DNA from: Marsupella aquatica
Taxonomy: Eukaryota > Plantae > Marchantiophyta
Assembly: GCA_973895155.1 (NCBI GenBank)
Contig: OZ316894.1
Location: 8,766,234-8,830,233, forward strand
Direction of reading: 5' to 3'
Length of the DNA: 64,000 nt
The notes beneath the pieces are model-generated. The model made no database searches and was not told the origin of the DNA. It saw only the letters and a program-made list of their open reading frames with translations. The position numbers were made by a program, and so were the translations under genes. This document shows, in pieces, positions 49,172 to 62,343 of the stretch; position 1 is the first letter of the stretch, and the number at the start of each line of letters is the position of its first letter.

Positions 49172-49624
49172 TCAACCAAGAGCTCCAACGAGGGGCCCGA
49201 GCCAGTAGACCCGGTTGTTGTGGAAGGCAAGGTTGACAATGGCCGAAGGATGAGCTGGATTCAAAGAAGCTCCAGTGTATGGTACTCCGACGTAGAGGGC
49301 AACTAGCACTGTGAACCCTTCTTGAGGTCCACGGCGGTGGCGTAAACGACGAATACCTAGGGCGAATGTGAGCAGCACCTCCAATGACTAGACCGAAGGT
49401 AGCCTCCGTTCACCTGCCCACCAGAAATGTTGGCGGTGGCTGCGGCGGTGAGGACGATTCCGACACCGTGAACGCATTTCAGATTACAGTTATGGGTTGT
49501 GCGCTTGGGGATCCCAACTTGCATGCGGTGGGGTCGACGCTGCGGATGTATATGTGGATGTACTGAAGTCCGTGGCATCGGTTGTAACGATTGGGGAGCT
49601 TCACTTTCCAAGTGTCATATTCAT
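49172..49624 (-). pseudogene. Tonoplast aquaporin (TIP) pseudogene
   Basis: ANISGGQVN (first NPA broken), EVLLTFAL, frameshifted VFVVYATAVDLKKG, GASLNPA, VYWLGPLVG; deletions and frameshifts. Confidence 0.8.
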
Positions 49625-52600
49625 TGTTGAACGGTCAACCAGAGCACGTCCAATGTTTGTAATGTTCGGGCAGTGTCAATTTCCGAAGGTGCTTTAATTC
49701 TGCTCCCTCCTTGGATGTATCGATCACGTGCAGCCCCTACTGTTGGAACAAGAGTGACCATAGGCATTGGGCTCTATACTGATAGATCCCCCACCTGCCT
49801 GCTCTATTGATGCAGTCGTAGATTACGTATACTGCAGCTTTCCTGCAAATTCAGTCCTGTGGATGAAAATGTGCCTAAGAAGGAATCTCGTTGTAGAGTG
49901 CGCCATTGGTTAAAACTTGTCAGAAATCAAAATAAGATACTTTGCTATTTGTGGAAATGGGAAATTTCAAGTACTTTTGCACAGTTGGCAGATGAACATC
50001 ATTTAAGCCCGTGATTGACAAGCATCTCTAAATTTGAAATCTGAGTGAAAGGGTTTTATAATCATGAGTAAATCGATGAAACCCTCGAGCGTCTTCCTCA
50101 GACCAGATTGTTGAAAATAATCTTGTTTAAGAAAATTAGATTAGATTGCAGGAAGAGAAATTAATGTTTGTGTATGGGAGAGCTCCACCAGGCCAACCCA
50201 GTCTTCCATTTTGGCTGAGAGATTAAGGTCACACCTCCAATTGATAGCACAGAACGGCAGGATGGGAAATTTCGTCTCAGTACATGTATGCTGCTTGATT
50301 GCTTCATGGAGGCCGTGGCGAGTCTAAGTACGTCCACGATCTTCACTGCTGCAAAAATACATATTACGAACTACATCATTCTGTTTGACTGAAAATCCAC
50401 CCAGAGGCAATCATAGAGTAATCATCTGAGGGGGATCTATCGTAGAAGAGTCGAATCAAATACAATGACTATCCGCAAGAACCTTAATTTCCAATAGAAG
50501 TTTCGAGCTTCCTATGTGAAACCACGTAAAATACAAGTGCACGGTAAATCGATCGGACCCTTGCGATTCTTGATTTCGCCTGTATCATTTGGGGTACGGA
50601 ATAAGGTACCACGTTTCGAGTCATCCGGAATTTTTTGCGCACGTCCCGACAGACGTCAATGTTATAGAATTTCTGCATTGAAGACTAAAAGTTCACATAT
50701 TCATTGGTGTAGTTGACGAGGCTTGGAATCTCGTAACCGACCAAAACGATTGAGACACCCAGGAGCAAAAAGCGACAACAGTAACATGGAATTCAGCCAC
50801 TGTAGATTTAGCGACTTTCGTTCCATAAGTCAGTGAATGATACCGTGAAGGAATCGCAAGAAAGCTTCGCAAGTCCGGAGCCCTGAATTTTCCTTGCCAC
50901 AAAGTCACAATTCTTGGAAGAAAATGTGACGTTCTCTACTCCGTCCTTCTGAGAAGTGATATTCATTGAGCCATGGAGTTTACCTGAAATCTTCGAGCAC
51001 CAGCTGCTGAAATACAGTACACTGATTTAACTGGTGACTACTATGGATGAGTTGGCACAGAAGGAACGATTGTCAAATATTGTCATTTTTCAATTCAAAA
51101 CAGATACTCATGATTTGATTTGTTTAACTTGTAACCTGGATCCCAAATAACTTTTTGTGTCAAAGTTGAGCAGTTTTACTCTTAATTGACACTATCCTAG
51201 TCAAATTTTATATTTACATGGACCCCATGAGAATTTAAAAATACTATGCAAAGCAAACTCTTGAAGACCAAAACTGTGACAATTATCTTTATACGATAAA
51301 AAGATACTATCTGAGTTCAAGGCAACATTGAGCTGATGTCTTCCAACATTTTAAAGGAAGCTAGCCATGAGCAAGCACCTTAAATCATTATGATCCGGGT
51401 GCCGACCCCAACCCCTGCGGGCCGATCCCCCAGCCTGACCCGGCCAACCCCCCTACCCTTCTCCCGGCCCGGCTCCACACCCTCCCAGCCCGACCCTGTC
51501 ACCGGGCCGGGATCGACCGGGGCAACATATGTCATTTTTTGTCGCCCCAATTAGCCCTATTTGTCCGACAAGTCCAAACAGGGATTATGATGTATGGCAC
51601 ATGAGTTGTCTGTATTGAGTTCAATTCCTTCCAAACTGAACTACCTGTGCAAACCAGTGGAACTCTTAGTTTTGAATCATGATGTTTCTATCGCAATAAC
51701 AGTGAATCCATCTTCCAATATTTTGTTTTATTGATATTTTTTGTCGTATATTTTTATTTCAATGTGTCTTAACAAGGTGCATCTTTCTTATCATTCTCAG
51801 GCTGAAATTTAAAATATTCTGTTTCATTGGCCATCACCACTTGCAGTATTGCATTTTGGGAGAGTGTTAGCCAGGAAATACTCTACAATAATCTGTATAA
51901 TTAAAAAATAATAATTCTATGACCAGGCATGTGCTTGTATGCAGGGTAAAACAGTAGCCACGTTGGCTAATCTCCCATGATAAGAAAACAACACTGATTA
52001 CACCCACAGTCCCGCTTTGGTCATACCAGGCTGTTATGACCCAAACATGAACTGCATAATGTCATCAAACTGGCAAATGAGACCTGTAGGAAAACGAAAT
52101 ATCTTCTAGGAAAGATTGCATTCTGGTTTTCTCAGGTAGTACAAGAAAATGGGATGCAGAATATTGTGGGAATTTCTCTTTACTTTCCATGTAAGAGCCC
52201 AAGGAGGATTGATTGGAAGGCCTAAAGTAAAAATCATGCTTATTAGTTGTTCAGTGGCATGTAATAGATTGGAAGGCCTTGAATCAAACTTACCACTGAG
52301 ATGATTACATCTTGATTTCAAACTCAAACTGTGCAAGGGTGAGTGCAAGGGTCAGTAAATAGAGCAAACAACTTCAATGTCATAGAGGCCATTCAATGCC
52401 TGTGCAATGGGAAACATAAGACCAAATCTGCATCTGCTGTTAAGTTCCAGGTAATAAGAAAGAGCACTTGTAAATTGATTAAGGAGTAGGTAAAGCTCCC
52501 TAATTTAGCGATGCACCTTCATGTTTTCTCTGGCTTGCCCTCGACATGGCTTTCTTTTTCCTTAATTAATAGAGAGGGTTTTCCCGGGCCCTAAAGCTTG

Positions 52601-52989
52601 GTTGTGGACCTGTTTTTAGTTGTTTAATAAATAATGAAGCAGTTGAAACATATAGAGGTTTCCTTTCCTTCGCCACCATAGATTGTCCTGAGTCATATAC
52701 TGGCCAATGTTTCTGATGCACTGCTATATAATATACTGGCCAATGTTTCTTATGCACTGCTATATATGGCCAATTCACTTGACCTGCTCAGGAGTGTTAA
52801 TTTTCAGGGGTAACTATTTAATTTATAATTTGTTTAGCGGAGTTATTCTTTGTTTTTCCTCAAGTTCTAAATTTAGATAGAACCTCTTTAAACTTTTTCT
52901 TTATTTTTGTAGGAATCCATTTTCAAGTGTCTTCCAGGTTGCAAGAGCACCCCGCAATATAAAGTCCCAATCAAGGCTCTTAAATAGTA

Positions 52990-53056
52990 GACTCGCCCCT
53001 AGCTTTGAACCCCTGGCCTTCTGGCCCGTTGAGCCTGTCTACCACTGTGCTAAGAA
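52990..53056 (-). mobile_element. tRNA-derived SINE-like head (Pol III A and B boxes)
   Basis: Minus strand TAGCACAGTGG (A box) followed by GGTTCAAAGC (B box) at tRNA-like spacing; no full cloverleaf. Confidence 0.4.
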
Positions 53057-53652
53057 GTTCACTTGACCATTTGGAGTATGGAGAGAATTTAGCTTAATTC
53101 AGATTTATGTGAGAGGAGTGCCTTGGCCCCTTTGATCAACACAAAACAGCATAGAGTAGTGTGTAGCACCTTACCTGTTTAGATTACAATCATAATGATT
53201 TGTACCATAGTTCCTGTCAGTTTTCCAACGCCTTTGTTAAATTAATTTTTGTCGCTCTTATCATGCTCTATATTTCTGTATACCTCACTTTTCCTTATGA
53301 GTCATGAAACAAAAGTTAAGCCTGGATGGACCGAGGGGTTTGTTTTGCCCATCCACATGCATGGACTCTGGCACATATGGCTTCATTTTACACGCAAAAT
53401 CAACATGGTCCGACTATCATAAGAAGGACATTATAATTTTGTTGAGGACTCCCCATGCAAGTAGTTTTTTCAGGTGTCTCGACTAAGTGTGAAATGCTAG
53501 TTTCTAGTACACTTGTGCATTTATATAAACAACTTTTGGATCTTTGTTGCAGCTCAAACGTTTCCCAGCATGTTCACTGATGTCCAATCTATTACCTAAC
53601 AAAGTTAAACTTTTTTCTGAAACCATTTGATCCATTGTTGATGAGTGGGAAG

Positions 53653-53997
53653 TGTTAGGATTTACTCTTAGGTCTAGAGTTACGACTGTACCGTAGTTAA
53701 GGCTAACCTTAGTCGCAGACTTGGTTAGGTTAGTTATGCTGTGCACACTCTATACCCAAGCGGTGTTTGCTTGGAGAGTGGGAACTCAGGCTCATTGTTA
53801 CGGAGCTAGTTGAGAGATAGAGAGAGCTTGCGCTGTAGATGCTTGGTATGGCCGGTCGGCCTAGAGTGCAGTAAAGCTCATGTGTGTTCCCGTGGATGTA
53901 GCCTCATGTGGAGGTGAATCACGTATCTCGGTGTGTCGACTCTTGTGCGTTGGATGGTCTATGGGCTTGTCGTTGCGATTGTCGTTTATGCTCAACA
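53653..53997. mobile_element. Solo LTR (copia-like), 345 bp
   Basis: TGTTAG...CTCAACA ends; flanks GGAAG and AGAAG (4/5 TSD); internal cccgtggatgtag...gtgaatcacgta resembles a common copia LTR motif. Confidence 0.7.
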
Positions 53998-54610
53998 AGA
54001 AGATGGTCAAATATTATAAGCTAACCACCAACAGACCCTTCAGTTTTGTGAAGAAAGCCCTCAGTACGTACCAACTTACCACTTTGGGAAAGGATGTTTC
54101 ACTTTTATGAAGGACTTCCTGAATAGTTTGAGTGAGCCACGACTTACAGGTCAACATATGAGTAAAAACTGTAAAAAGTGATATCCAAATAGATTTTAAT
54201 GTTCTGAATCCCAACTCTGGAAATCCATGGCCAGGGGCTTCAGAGCAAATCTCTCGTCCATCCTGACTTTACTTTTGTCATGAAACATTAATGTTTCCAA
54301 ATACATAAGATAAATGTTATATTAATGTTTGATATTGTTCAATAAACTTTTATTTAATGTTTCTAATAAATTAAAACAGGGATGTAGTAGAACTGGCCTA
54401 CTATATCAGGTACTGTAGTGCTCATGTTCCATGCAGAAATTTTTGAAGATGCTATATGGTGAATGCACATTACAGATTTTGTCTGATTCAGATATTCAGA
54501 TCCTGGACGGCCTCCTCACGAAGACGACAAAGACTGCGCCGGCTTGGACGGCTTCTACACAGGGACGGCCGGGACGGCACCCATTTTTTGCCAAGGACGG
54601 CCGACTCCTT

Positions 54611-54811
54611 CCGCGCCGGCCCGCATGAAAAACTCAAGGACGTCTTGGACGGCCTCCACGTAGGGACGTCCGGGACATCCACCCCGCCACGCCCTAACTT
54701 GACGTCCGCGCCGGCCCGCATGAAAAACTCGAGGACGTCTTGGACGGCCTCCACGTAGGGACATCCGGGACGTCCACCCCGCCACGCCCTAACTTGACGT
54801 CCGCGCCGGCC
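54611..54811. repeat. GC-rich 95-bp tandem repeat (about 2.1 copies) within a ggacg-rich TE-like island (about 54500-54880)
   Basis: ccgcgccggc at 54611, 54706 and 54801. Confidence 0.9.
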
Positions 54812-57479
54812 TGACACACTTTTCTACTTTTCTTCAAGGGACGTCCATGGCGGCCAGCAGCAGGGCGCGAGCTTCGACCCTCCTCCTATTACAGTATGAG
54901 ATTAGTATTTTATTTTGTAGACTTTTACTTAGCTTTGACCATTTGACTATCCCTTAGTCAAAGTTGACTTTTACTTTACTTAGTTTAGACTTAGGAAATG
55001 AAGAGGCATGTCTCTTCATTCTCCTTAGCCCGTGGGCGATCTCATGTACTTATTGTGATACCAGTCTCATTTTGAGACAGTGTGGATAGTTATTTGCATC
55101 TCCTCATCTTGGAGTTTTGTCCCTTGTACGTGTAATGCAATTTTGCAAGGAAGATTCGCATACCTTGGAATTTGATTACTTGTGCTAGGAGTCTACCCCT
55201 CCTTCGTATGGTAATGCATGTTGCAATTACCGTAAGAAGTAAAACCCATAAAATACAGTTTGTGGAATGTATTAGAAGATCCGTTGGTCGGTGCCTAATC
55301 CAAACTACAACATTTGTTGTCCAATTCTGTATTTACATGAAGGACTTATCTTTGGAAGATAAGTATTGCATGAAATCAAGAAATAGAAATCTATATGATT
55401 AAGAAGTAGCGACATTCTTAATTCACGGATTTGAAGTACCATTGTGGTATACTGAATGTCCATTAGTTTTTCTTTGGAATTGCGCATCGCTGAAGAAGGA
55501 AACATGTTGCCGGCATTTTAATGACACACTACTATACACACAATCCGAAACTTATCTTGGGTTTTGTGAGCATAGACACTTCTTAAACATAGATTTATGA
55601 TAGAAACCTAGAGAGCAATTATAGCAAGGTTATGTTTGACTTATCAACGTCTCAAATAATGCCATAGCTCTTTCTTAAGACGTGGTGACGGAGTTAAATA
55701 TTGCTAAACTATACCTCTAAAAGCTCTAAGATTCTGTTGTCCAGCAAATGTTACTTTGTTCTTATTTTATTAATTCCTTGTGTTTTTGGTTTAAGATTCT
55801 ATTTTTCTTATAGATGTTGAGTACCATCTCTGAACCACTCAAAACACTTTAAAATATATTTTCATCCCATTCTTGTTCCTCCACGGGAACGGACATCGAG
55901 TTTTTAGCATATATTCGATGATATTTGCTTTTGTTAGCATACGACATGTGTCATGTATTTTCATTTCAATCTGCCTTATCAAGGGGCAGCCTTTGTATTC
56001 TATACATTTTTAATTAATTTTTAGACCCCTTTAGTTTTAGGTATTCTAGAGTGTTTTGAACTTATTTTGGCAGCCCCCTTTCACGGTATGCGTTTTCTTA
56101 GAGATGAAACCAAAGGCTCCACCACCACGAGTGAGAGAAATGATGCTAAAGAACATGAATGCATAGCCTCTTAAGTTCTCCTCATGTTTTTCTTTCCTAG
56201 GTTTATGGTTTTTATTGAAATGAATGTCATTCATAAGGCACCCTGAGTTAAGTGCACACATCCTAGCATCGTTTGACTGTACCTTTTCTTGGTCACTGTG
56301 CTTTCCTTGGCAGACACTTTACTTATATAACAGCACTTCTATGCTCTCATATTTTATTTACTTTCACATCACTACAGGACAAAAAATAAAGCATGTTCCA
56401 TGCAATCTAACAATGATCCCATCTTTAGGATCTTCACGAGCTGTTGCCCATGATTGGTATGGAATGAAGCTTATGGGACATCTCAATATTCTCAATATTC
56501 CAATTTGGAATATTGAGATAGTCTCCCTTCCCTAGGGAATTCCATACTATTTACTTAAGTTATCTTTGCATGAGTATAATCATTTTTCCCTTATTGTTGT
56601 TTATTTTGTTGATTCTCTTGCAATAATTTTTAGATACCAATTCATCTTGAGTCATAATTAGGCTTGGATATTTGGGATCTCCATAGAGACCTTTGACGTT
56701 CTCATGAGATACCAATACTTCAGTATTGATGACAGTTACTCTAAACCTTCTTACAATGGATTACTAGATGTGTAGAAGAGACATCGAACCAAGCAAATTC
56801 ATAGTCCCTATATCGGGCAAGAAAAGTTCCTTGTCTTATCGTCAATCAACAACATTTATTACTGTAGGCGGGGAATCTTATTAATAAAGCGCGAACTGCA
56901 ACTTACTTTTCACAAGCTAGGGTCTAGAGTGAAGCCTCTAGACTGTAACTTTATGGTCATCATGTGCATGGGAAAAACTTATGACATGACTATGATATAT
57001 GTACATGCCAGTTTTATGTGATAATTTTTAAATATTTACATTCAAAACAATAGGTAATATGGCCCCACCACAACATATGTGCATAGAACATGGATGTGCA
57101 TACAAAAAGCATGATGTGCACATCAAGGAGAATGATATATTATATATGACTATTAAAATGATGGGTTTTTTTATCATTTCATTAATTTTCAAAGAATATA
57201 AATAGAGAATATATTTTGATAATTTTTTTATTGTCCTCTCTGATATTCAGGTTCAAAGAGCGGGTAGTCGGGGCTGGTAGACATTATTTTGTACCTGCTT
57301 TCATTATTACTCAGATAAGCTGGAGTGGTTGAGTTGTAAGCTTCTATTTTCCGGCCATGCAATGGGACTCTAACAAAAAATAGGTCAATCAACATGTGTG
57401 CGTACCATGGTACCAAAGGACTAATCGAACAAGTAAAAAGATGTACCATTAATATATACATTATTCATTGCACACCTTA

Positions 57480-57553
57480 TGCATCCTACACCATTTGAAC
57501 CGGTGTCCTTCAACTTAGAAGGTTGTTGCTCTATCCAACTGAGCTAAGGATGC
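57480..57553 (-). tRNA. trnR: tRNA-Arg(UCU), organelle-type, probably a pseudogene (T-stem broken)
   Basis: GCATCCT/AGGATGC acceptor stem, GCTC/GAGC D-stem, anticodon loop CT-TCT-AA, TTCAAAT loop; T-stem ACCGG/GGTGT mispaired. Confidence 0.8.
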
Positions 57554-58530
57554 GGCACATTACTAACTATTTTGCACACAAAAAAATGATTCCAGAGAAG
57601 AAAGAAGGTTTCTTCGCATTGCTTTGGATTTGAAATGCCAGCCTGTATGCTAGTGGAGTTTTGTCCACATCATGCTGAGTATGAGCAGCCACAGGGGGCA
57701 AACTCTTGCTATATGTCAGCTCCAACTTCATCAACTGCCTCCAAGATCACCTGGGAGTTCTTTTTTTTATGAAACAATGGTTTGAATTGAACTTAGGGTG
57801 GCTTTGCAAGACCTTGGGGGAAGTTTGAATGTTTTTACCAAAGCTAATCTATCAACCATTTAACATCCTAAAGATAGAGTGCCAGGGGCTAAATGAGAGT
57901 TTGGAATCATTTTATGGCCCCAAATGTCTTGTAAAGTGAACTGCAGCAAGTGGTGCTAGAATAATTTACTAGGAGACAAGATGGGAACCCAATTCACCTA
58001 GTTCTTTGGCTAGGGCTCTCTTGTTCTCACAACTAAGAGAGCAAGAATATGGGCATACATTTTTATGTAAAAGACTCAATATTTCTGAAAGCAAGACCCA
58101 TAATTGGACCAAGCAGCCAGATGAAGAGAACTCCAAGAGAGGTGGAATCTGGTACAAAAAATGTGCTTCACAATAATTTGGGCCCCACTCTATTCCATTG
58201 GAAGCATAAAGTGCCCACAACTTTTTGTAAGTGAACAGCAGCCGTTTCTGAGTTTCTCCCTAATGGATAGCCCTCATCATATCTTGCAGACCAGAAAAAA
58301 GTTGAAAGTGCCCCTAACTTCTTGTAAAGCCACCCTTAATTCTTGATTTCTCAATAATATCTACTGCTGAATCAGTTTGAATACAGGGTGTGTAATCTTC
58401 AATGTACTCTGGCCATAATTATGGAAAACTGTACTAAGTGGCAAGTGCCCATAGGGTGAACTAATTTTCTATACCACAATAAAGGGATTTGTTTTTTTAC
58501 CACTGAGTGTTGTTCGTTATACATCTCATA

Positions 58531-58692
58531 GCCTCTTGATATGAACTGGTATACTTATGGCTTTTTGATATGCAGTGGTATACCTATCGCTTTTTGATAT
58601 ACAGTGGTGTACTTATCGCTTTTCGATATACAGCGGTGTACTTATCGCTTTTCGATATACAGTGGTGTACTTCTCGCTTTTTGATATGCAGT
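58531..58692. repeat. 29-bp minisatellite (about 5.5 copies) upstream of cathepsin B
   Basis: Unit approximately tggtRtacttatcgcttttYgatatRcag. Confidence 0.93.
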
Positions 58693-59022
58693 TACCACTA
58701 CCGTGTGATATAGTGTTGAGTCCTACACAGGCTTGATTTACAACCAGTAGATGGCTCTACTATCGTATGGTACACGTCTACGTATGGAGTCCCAATACGC
58801 ATTCTCCTCCGACTTACACAAGAGGAGAGAAGTCACAAAAGCTCGAACATTCTTCGGTCCAAATGCGAAGAGCAGCGAGTTTTCTCTACTCATGAATTGC
58901 CCACCCCTCCCCAATTTCAAGCGCGAAAGGTCGAGCATTCCTTCGCATTCTGTGCCAACGGAAGCTCGAGCAATCCGTGCCGAGGTCGACAGCGTAGGAA
59001 AGCTCGAGCGGCTTGAGTAACC

Positions 59023-60120
59023 ATGGCGCCCATGAATTGGAGGCCCTTGATGGGCCTGGCGTGCCTCCTCGTCTGCCTCCGACAAGCTTCACTCGTGGCG
59101 GCAGCACGCGGGGACCTCCCTTCGGATTATCTCGCGCAGAAGCCCGACGACCTGGAGGCGAAGTTGCAGGAGCAGCGGCCAATTCTGCAGCAATCGCTTA
59201 TCAATGCCGTGAACCAGAACAAGCTCTCGACATGGACTGCGGGACACAACCTCCGGCTGGCCGGGCTCACGGTGAAGGACTTCAAGAAGCTCTGCGGTAC
59301 AATCAGGGGGCGTCCGACGGAGCCGATCGGCGCGGAGGAGGAAGTGCAGGTCGTCAAGAGGATTGGGAAGAAGAAGAAGCCGACGCTACCGGCGAGCTTC
59401 GACGCTCGGGAGGCATGGCCTCGATGTGAGAGCATTGGCACGATCCTCGACCAGGGGCACTGCGGTTCATGCTGGGCCTTTGGCGCTGTCGAGTCCCTCT
59501 CGGACCGATTCTGCATCCACGGCTTCGAGAATGTGACGCTCTCCGAGAACGACCTCCTTGCGTGCTGCGGATTCGAGTGCGGCTATGGGTGTGGTGGTGG
59601 TTATCCTTACAGGGCGTGGCAGTACTTCAAGCGGACGGGGGTAGTTTACGCCTCGTGTGACCCTTACTTCGACACCATGGGGTGTGGCCACCCCGGTTGC
59701 ACTCCCGAGTATGACACTCCGAAGTGCAGCAAATCTTGTGTGAGCGATGACCTCTGGTCTGAGTCGAAGCACTACGCCACAAGCGCATATTATGTGGATT
59801 CCGATCCCGAGGAGCTCATGCTGGAGCTAATTACGAACGGGCCGATCGAGGTATCGTTCGAGGTGTATGAGGACTTCGCTCACTACGTTTCTGGCGTGTA
59901 TCAATACACGGCCGGGGAGTATATGGGAGGGCATGCCGTAAAGCTCATCGGATGGGGCACCACCGTGGAGGGTGTGGATTACTGGACTATTGTTAACTCG
60001 TGGAATGAGGACTGGGGAGAGAAGGGGTACTTCCGAATTGTTCGGGGAACTAACGATTGTGATATCGAGAGTGAGGCTACTGCTGGGATTCCATACCTCA
60101 AAGGGAGACTGCAGGTCTAG
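59023..60120 (+). CDS. CATHB: Cathepsin B-like cysteine protease (C1A), intronless
   Basis: Signal peptide and propeptide, [23 protein letters not shown], plant-type occluding loop [23 protein letters not shown]. Confidence 0.96.
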   Translation: MAPMNWRPLMGLACLLVCLRQASLVAAARGDLPSDYLAQKPDDLEAKLQEQRPILQQSLINAVNQNKLSTWTAGHNLRLAGLTVKDFKKLCGTIRGRPTEPIGAEEEVQVVKRIGKKKKPTLPASFDAREAWPRCESIGTILDQGHCGSCWAFGAVESLSDRFCIHGFENVTLSENDLLACCGFECGYGCGGGYPYRAWQYFKRTGVVYASCDPYFDTMGCGHPGCTPEYDTPKCSKSCVSDDLWSESKHYATSAYYVDSDPEELMLELITNGPIEVSFEVYEDFAHYVSGVYQYTAGEYMGGHAVKLIGWGTTVEGVDYWTIVNSWNEDWGEKGYFRIVRGTNDCDIESEATAGIPYLKGRLQV

Positions 60121-62343
60121 AGCTCCCTGCATGCATGTGAAGTGTTGATTTGAAAGTAGTGGTTGGTATGACCTTCTGGTTTGTGGATGGATGGGTGCTG
60201 ATTACTGCGGAGGACGGTTACTATCGGTGGCTATGGATTTGAGTTCTCTGGTGCTACCTATCTAAGTAACTCGCGACCTACGAATTACAGTTGTCGGTTG
60301 GCATTGAATCGTTTGGGTCAGGCTGAGCCACAGAGTTGCGTAATGCCTCTGGATGATGTTGTGCGAGAGCTACTTATTCAGTGTTTCTTTCTGGCAATCG
60401 ATTTGTGGTGATCTATTAATGATTCTGACAGGAACAGCGATAGTGCGACTAGTTATCCATGTAATCAGGGAAGGTTGCTGTACATGGAATTCCATCTGGT
60501 CTACAACCAAAGATGGATGGTTTGGGCCACTCCCTTCATCGTTATGGGGATTGTGTTCCAGGGAAATCTATGTCGGAAGCCGTTGTTTTTAGCATCTAGT
60601 CTAGCGACCAGACCCCCGTCTCAGCAGGGGAAGATCTGTAATTATGTGTATACAACCTCTGAGAACACGAGGAGGTTCCCAATTGTAAATGCAGTTTCTA
60701 ACAAACAGAGATCATGAATTTATACAAGGATCCTTGGTTCCAATTTTCTGCTTTCGTCTGGATGTGGTTTACCTTCTGGCTGATGAGTGATGTCCGTTTC
60801 TGGAGTGTCTGGGAACTGATCCACGAGTTCTGCAGCTTCAGTTTCAGGCCATTCTCGATGCACACATCAGGAGACTTAGTTCTCATTTGTTCTTTCGTGT
60901 TCCCTCAATTCGCTTTAAAACCGTTCGACTTATAATTCCCTTTCGCTTCAAAACGGATTGTGAGGATTGAAATTACGGTACTATATGGGTTATTGAGAGC
61001 GGATTCCGAGCTTGTTCGTGTTTCACTACAACATTGTTTTATCAGACAGGGCTGAGAGCAAAATCCGCTGATTCCATCAATCACGCTTCTGCGATGGGTG
61101 TCCTCTGGGGTCCATAGTCTTTTTGGTGCTACCTCCACAGGGATTTTCATTGTTGTTTACACCACGTCGTTGAGTGATGTTTCATAACATTCTTTAGTGT
61201 GTACGCATCTGCTGGTTCCCGTAGCTGTCTTGGGTAGGCTGGCAGAAGGGTATTCATTCTAGCCGGCTTATGGTGGTTTTAACTTACCATGGAGAGGTTC
61301 GCTCCCAAGTTCATGTGATGAGTGGTTGATTGTTTCTTCATGTTAGCTTTTGATATCTGTTAGGTTAATGGTTTGGCGGGGTTTGTTGGAAGTCTCTGAA
61401 TCCAGGAAAAGGTGGTCTTTGTGCTCGGTCTTCACACAAATCCACTGTTGTCGGTCGAATCTCTCTTTTGGCTTTTCCAATGTCTTTGGAGAATTATCTC
61501 AGCAAAGAGGAATCCAAGTGAATTTGGCACATGGCGTGCGCGGGTCAGAGACGTGTTTCTTGCCAAGGCATGGGAGACCATGAGGTCGGCTGGGCGAATC
61601 ACCCGGCTGACTTCGCGTGCACCCGTCCCGAGGTTAGTCCGTTCAGCTGTAACTCAGGTCACAAATTCCTCGTATTGCTGATGTTGTCAGATGGCTTGGT
61701 TTTCTTTCATTACTATACTCTTTGACTATGGACAATTAAGGAATTCTAGATGTCCCTTCTGTTTGAGTAAAAACCTCTGGCTTTGACAATGCGCCTTGTA
61801 GCTTCATCTCCTGCTTACACAGGACAGTGTTCTGTGCCATCTAATTTCTTGTGTAAATGATGCCGTGTTTTCTCTACTGTTGAGCATCGTCACGATAATT
61901 GGCCGAGGACCACTTCCCGGACGTCTCTATTCCAAGACGCTTCATTATTCAGATTTGCAGAGCAATGGAAGCAAAATTTTCACAGCAAAACCTTCATGGT
62001 TGTGACTCCCTTTCCTTCATCAATGAAACGTTGGTAAGCATCTTAATGTATTGATCGAACAGCAATATCTACATAAGACGTAAAAACCCATTTTTTACTT
62101 CTGCACGACAACAAGCAAATCCTTTTAGCAATGAAAAACGGACGAGTGTCATTAATCCCTGAGCCGTATGTACTGCCTGTCACATGCCAAAATTTTCCAT
62201 CCTGTGCTTCAAGTCTTGCTCCAAAAAGATCTTCACCGTCAATTGTTGTCGACGAATGGCCAAGAGATTAAAATTCCTTTATTTCATTTCTCAGTCAAGC
62301 TCACATGGATGGACAAACTGGGACCTGGACCACGGAGCACGAA

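Noticed and set aside
51400-51525. C-rich patch (possible minus-strand G-quadruplex)
   Set aside because: Isolated low-complexity tract with no associated gene or element boundaries.
60353-61725. Hydrophobic short ORFs between cathepsin B and PTRHD1
   Set aside because: No family match or splice model; probably UTR or intergenic.
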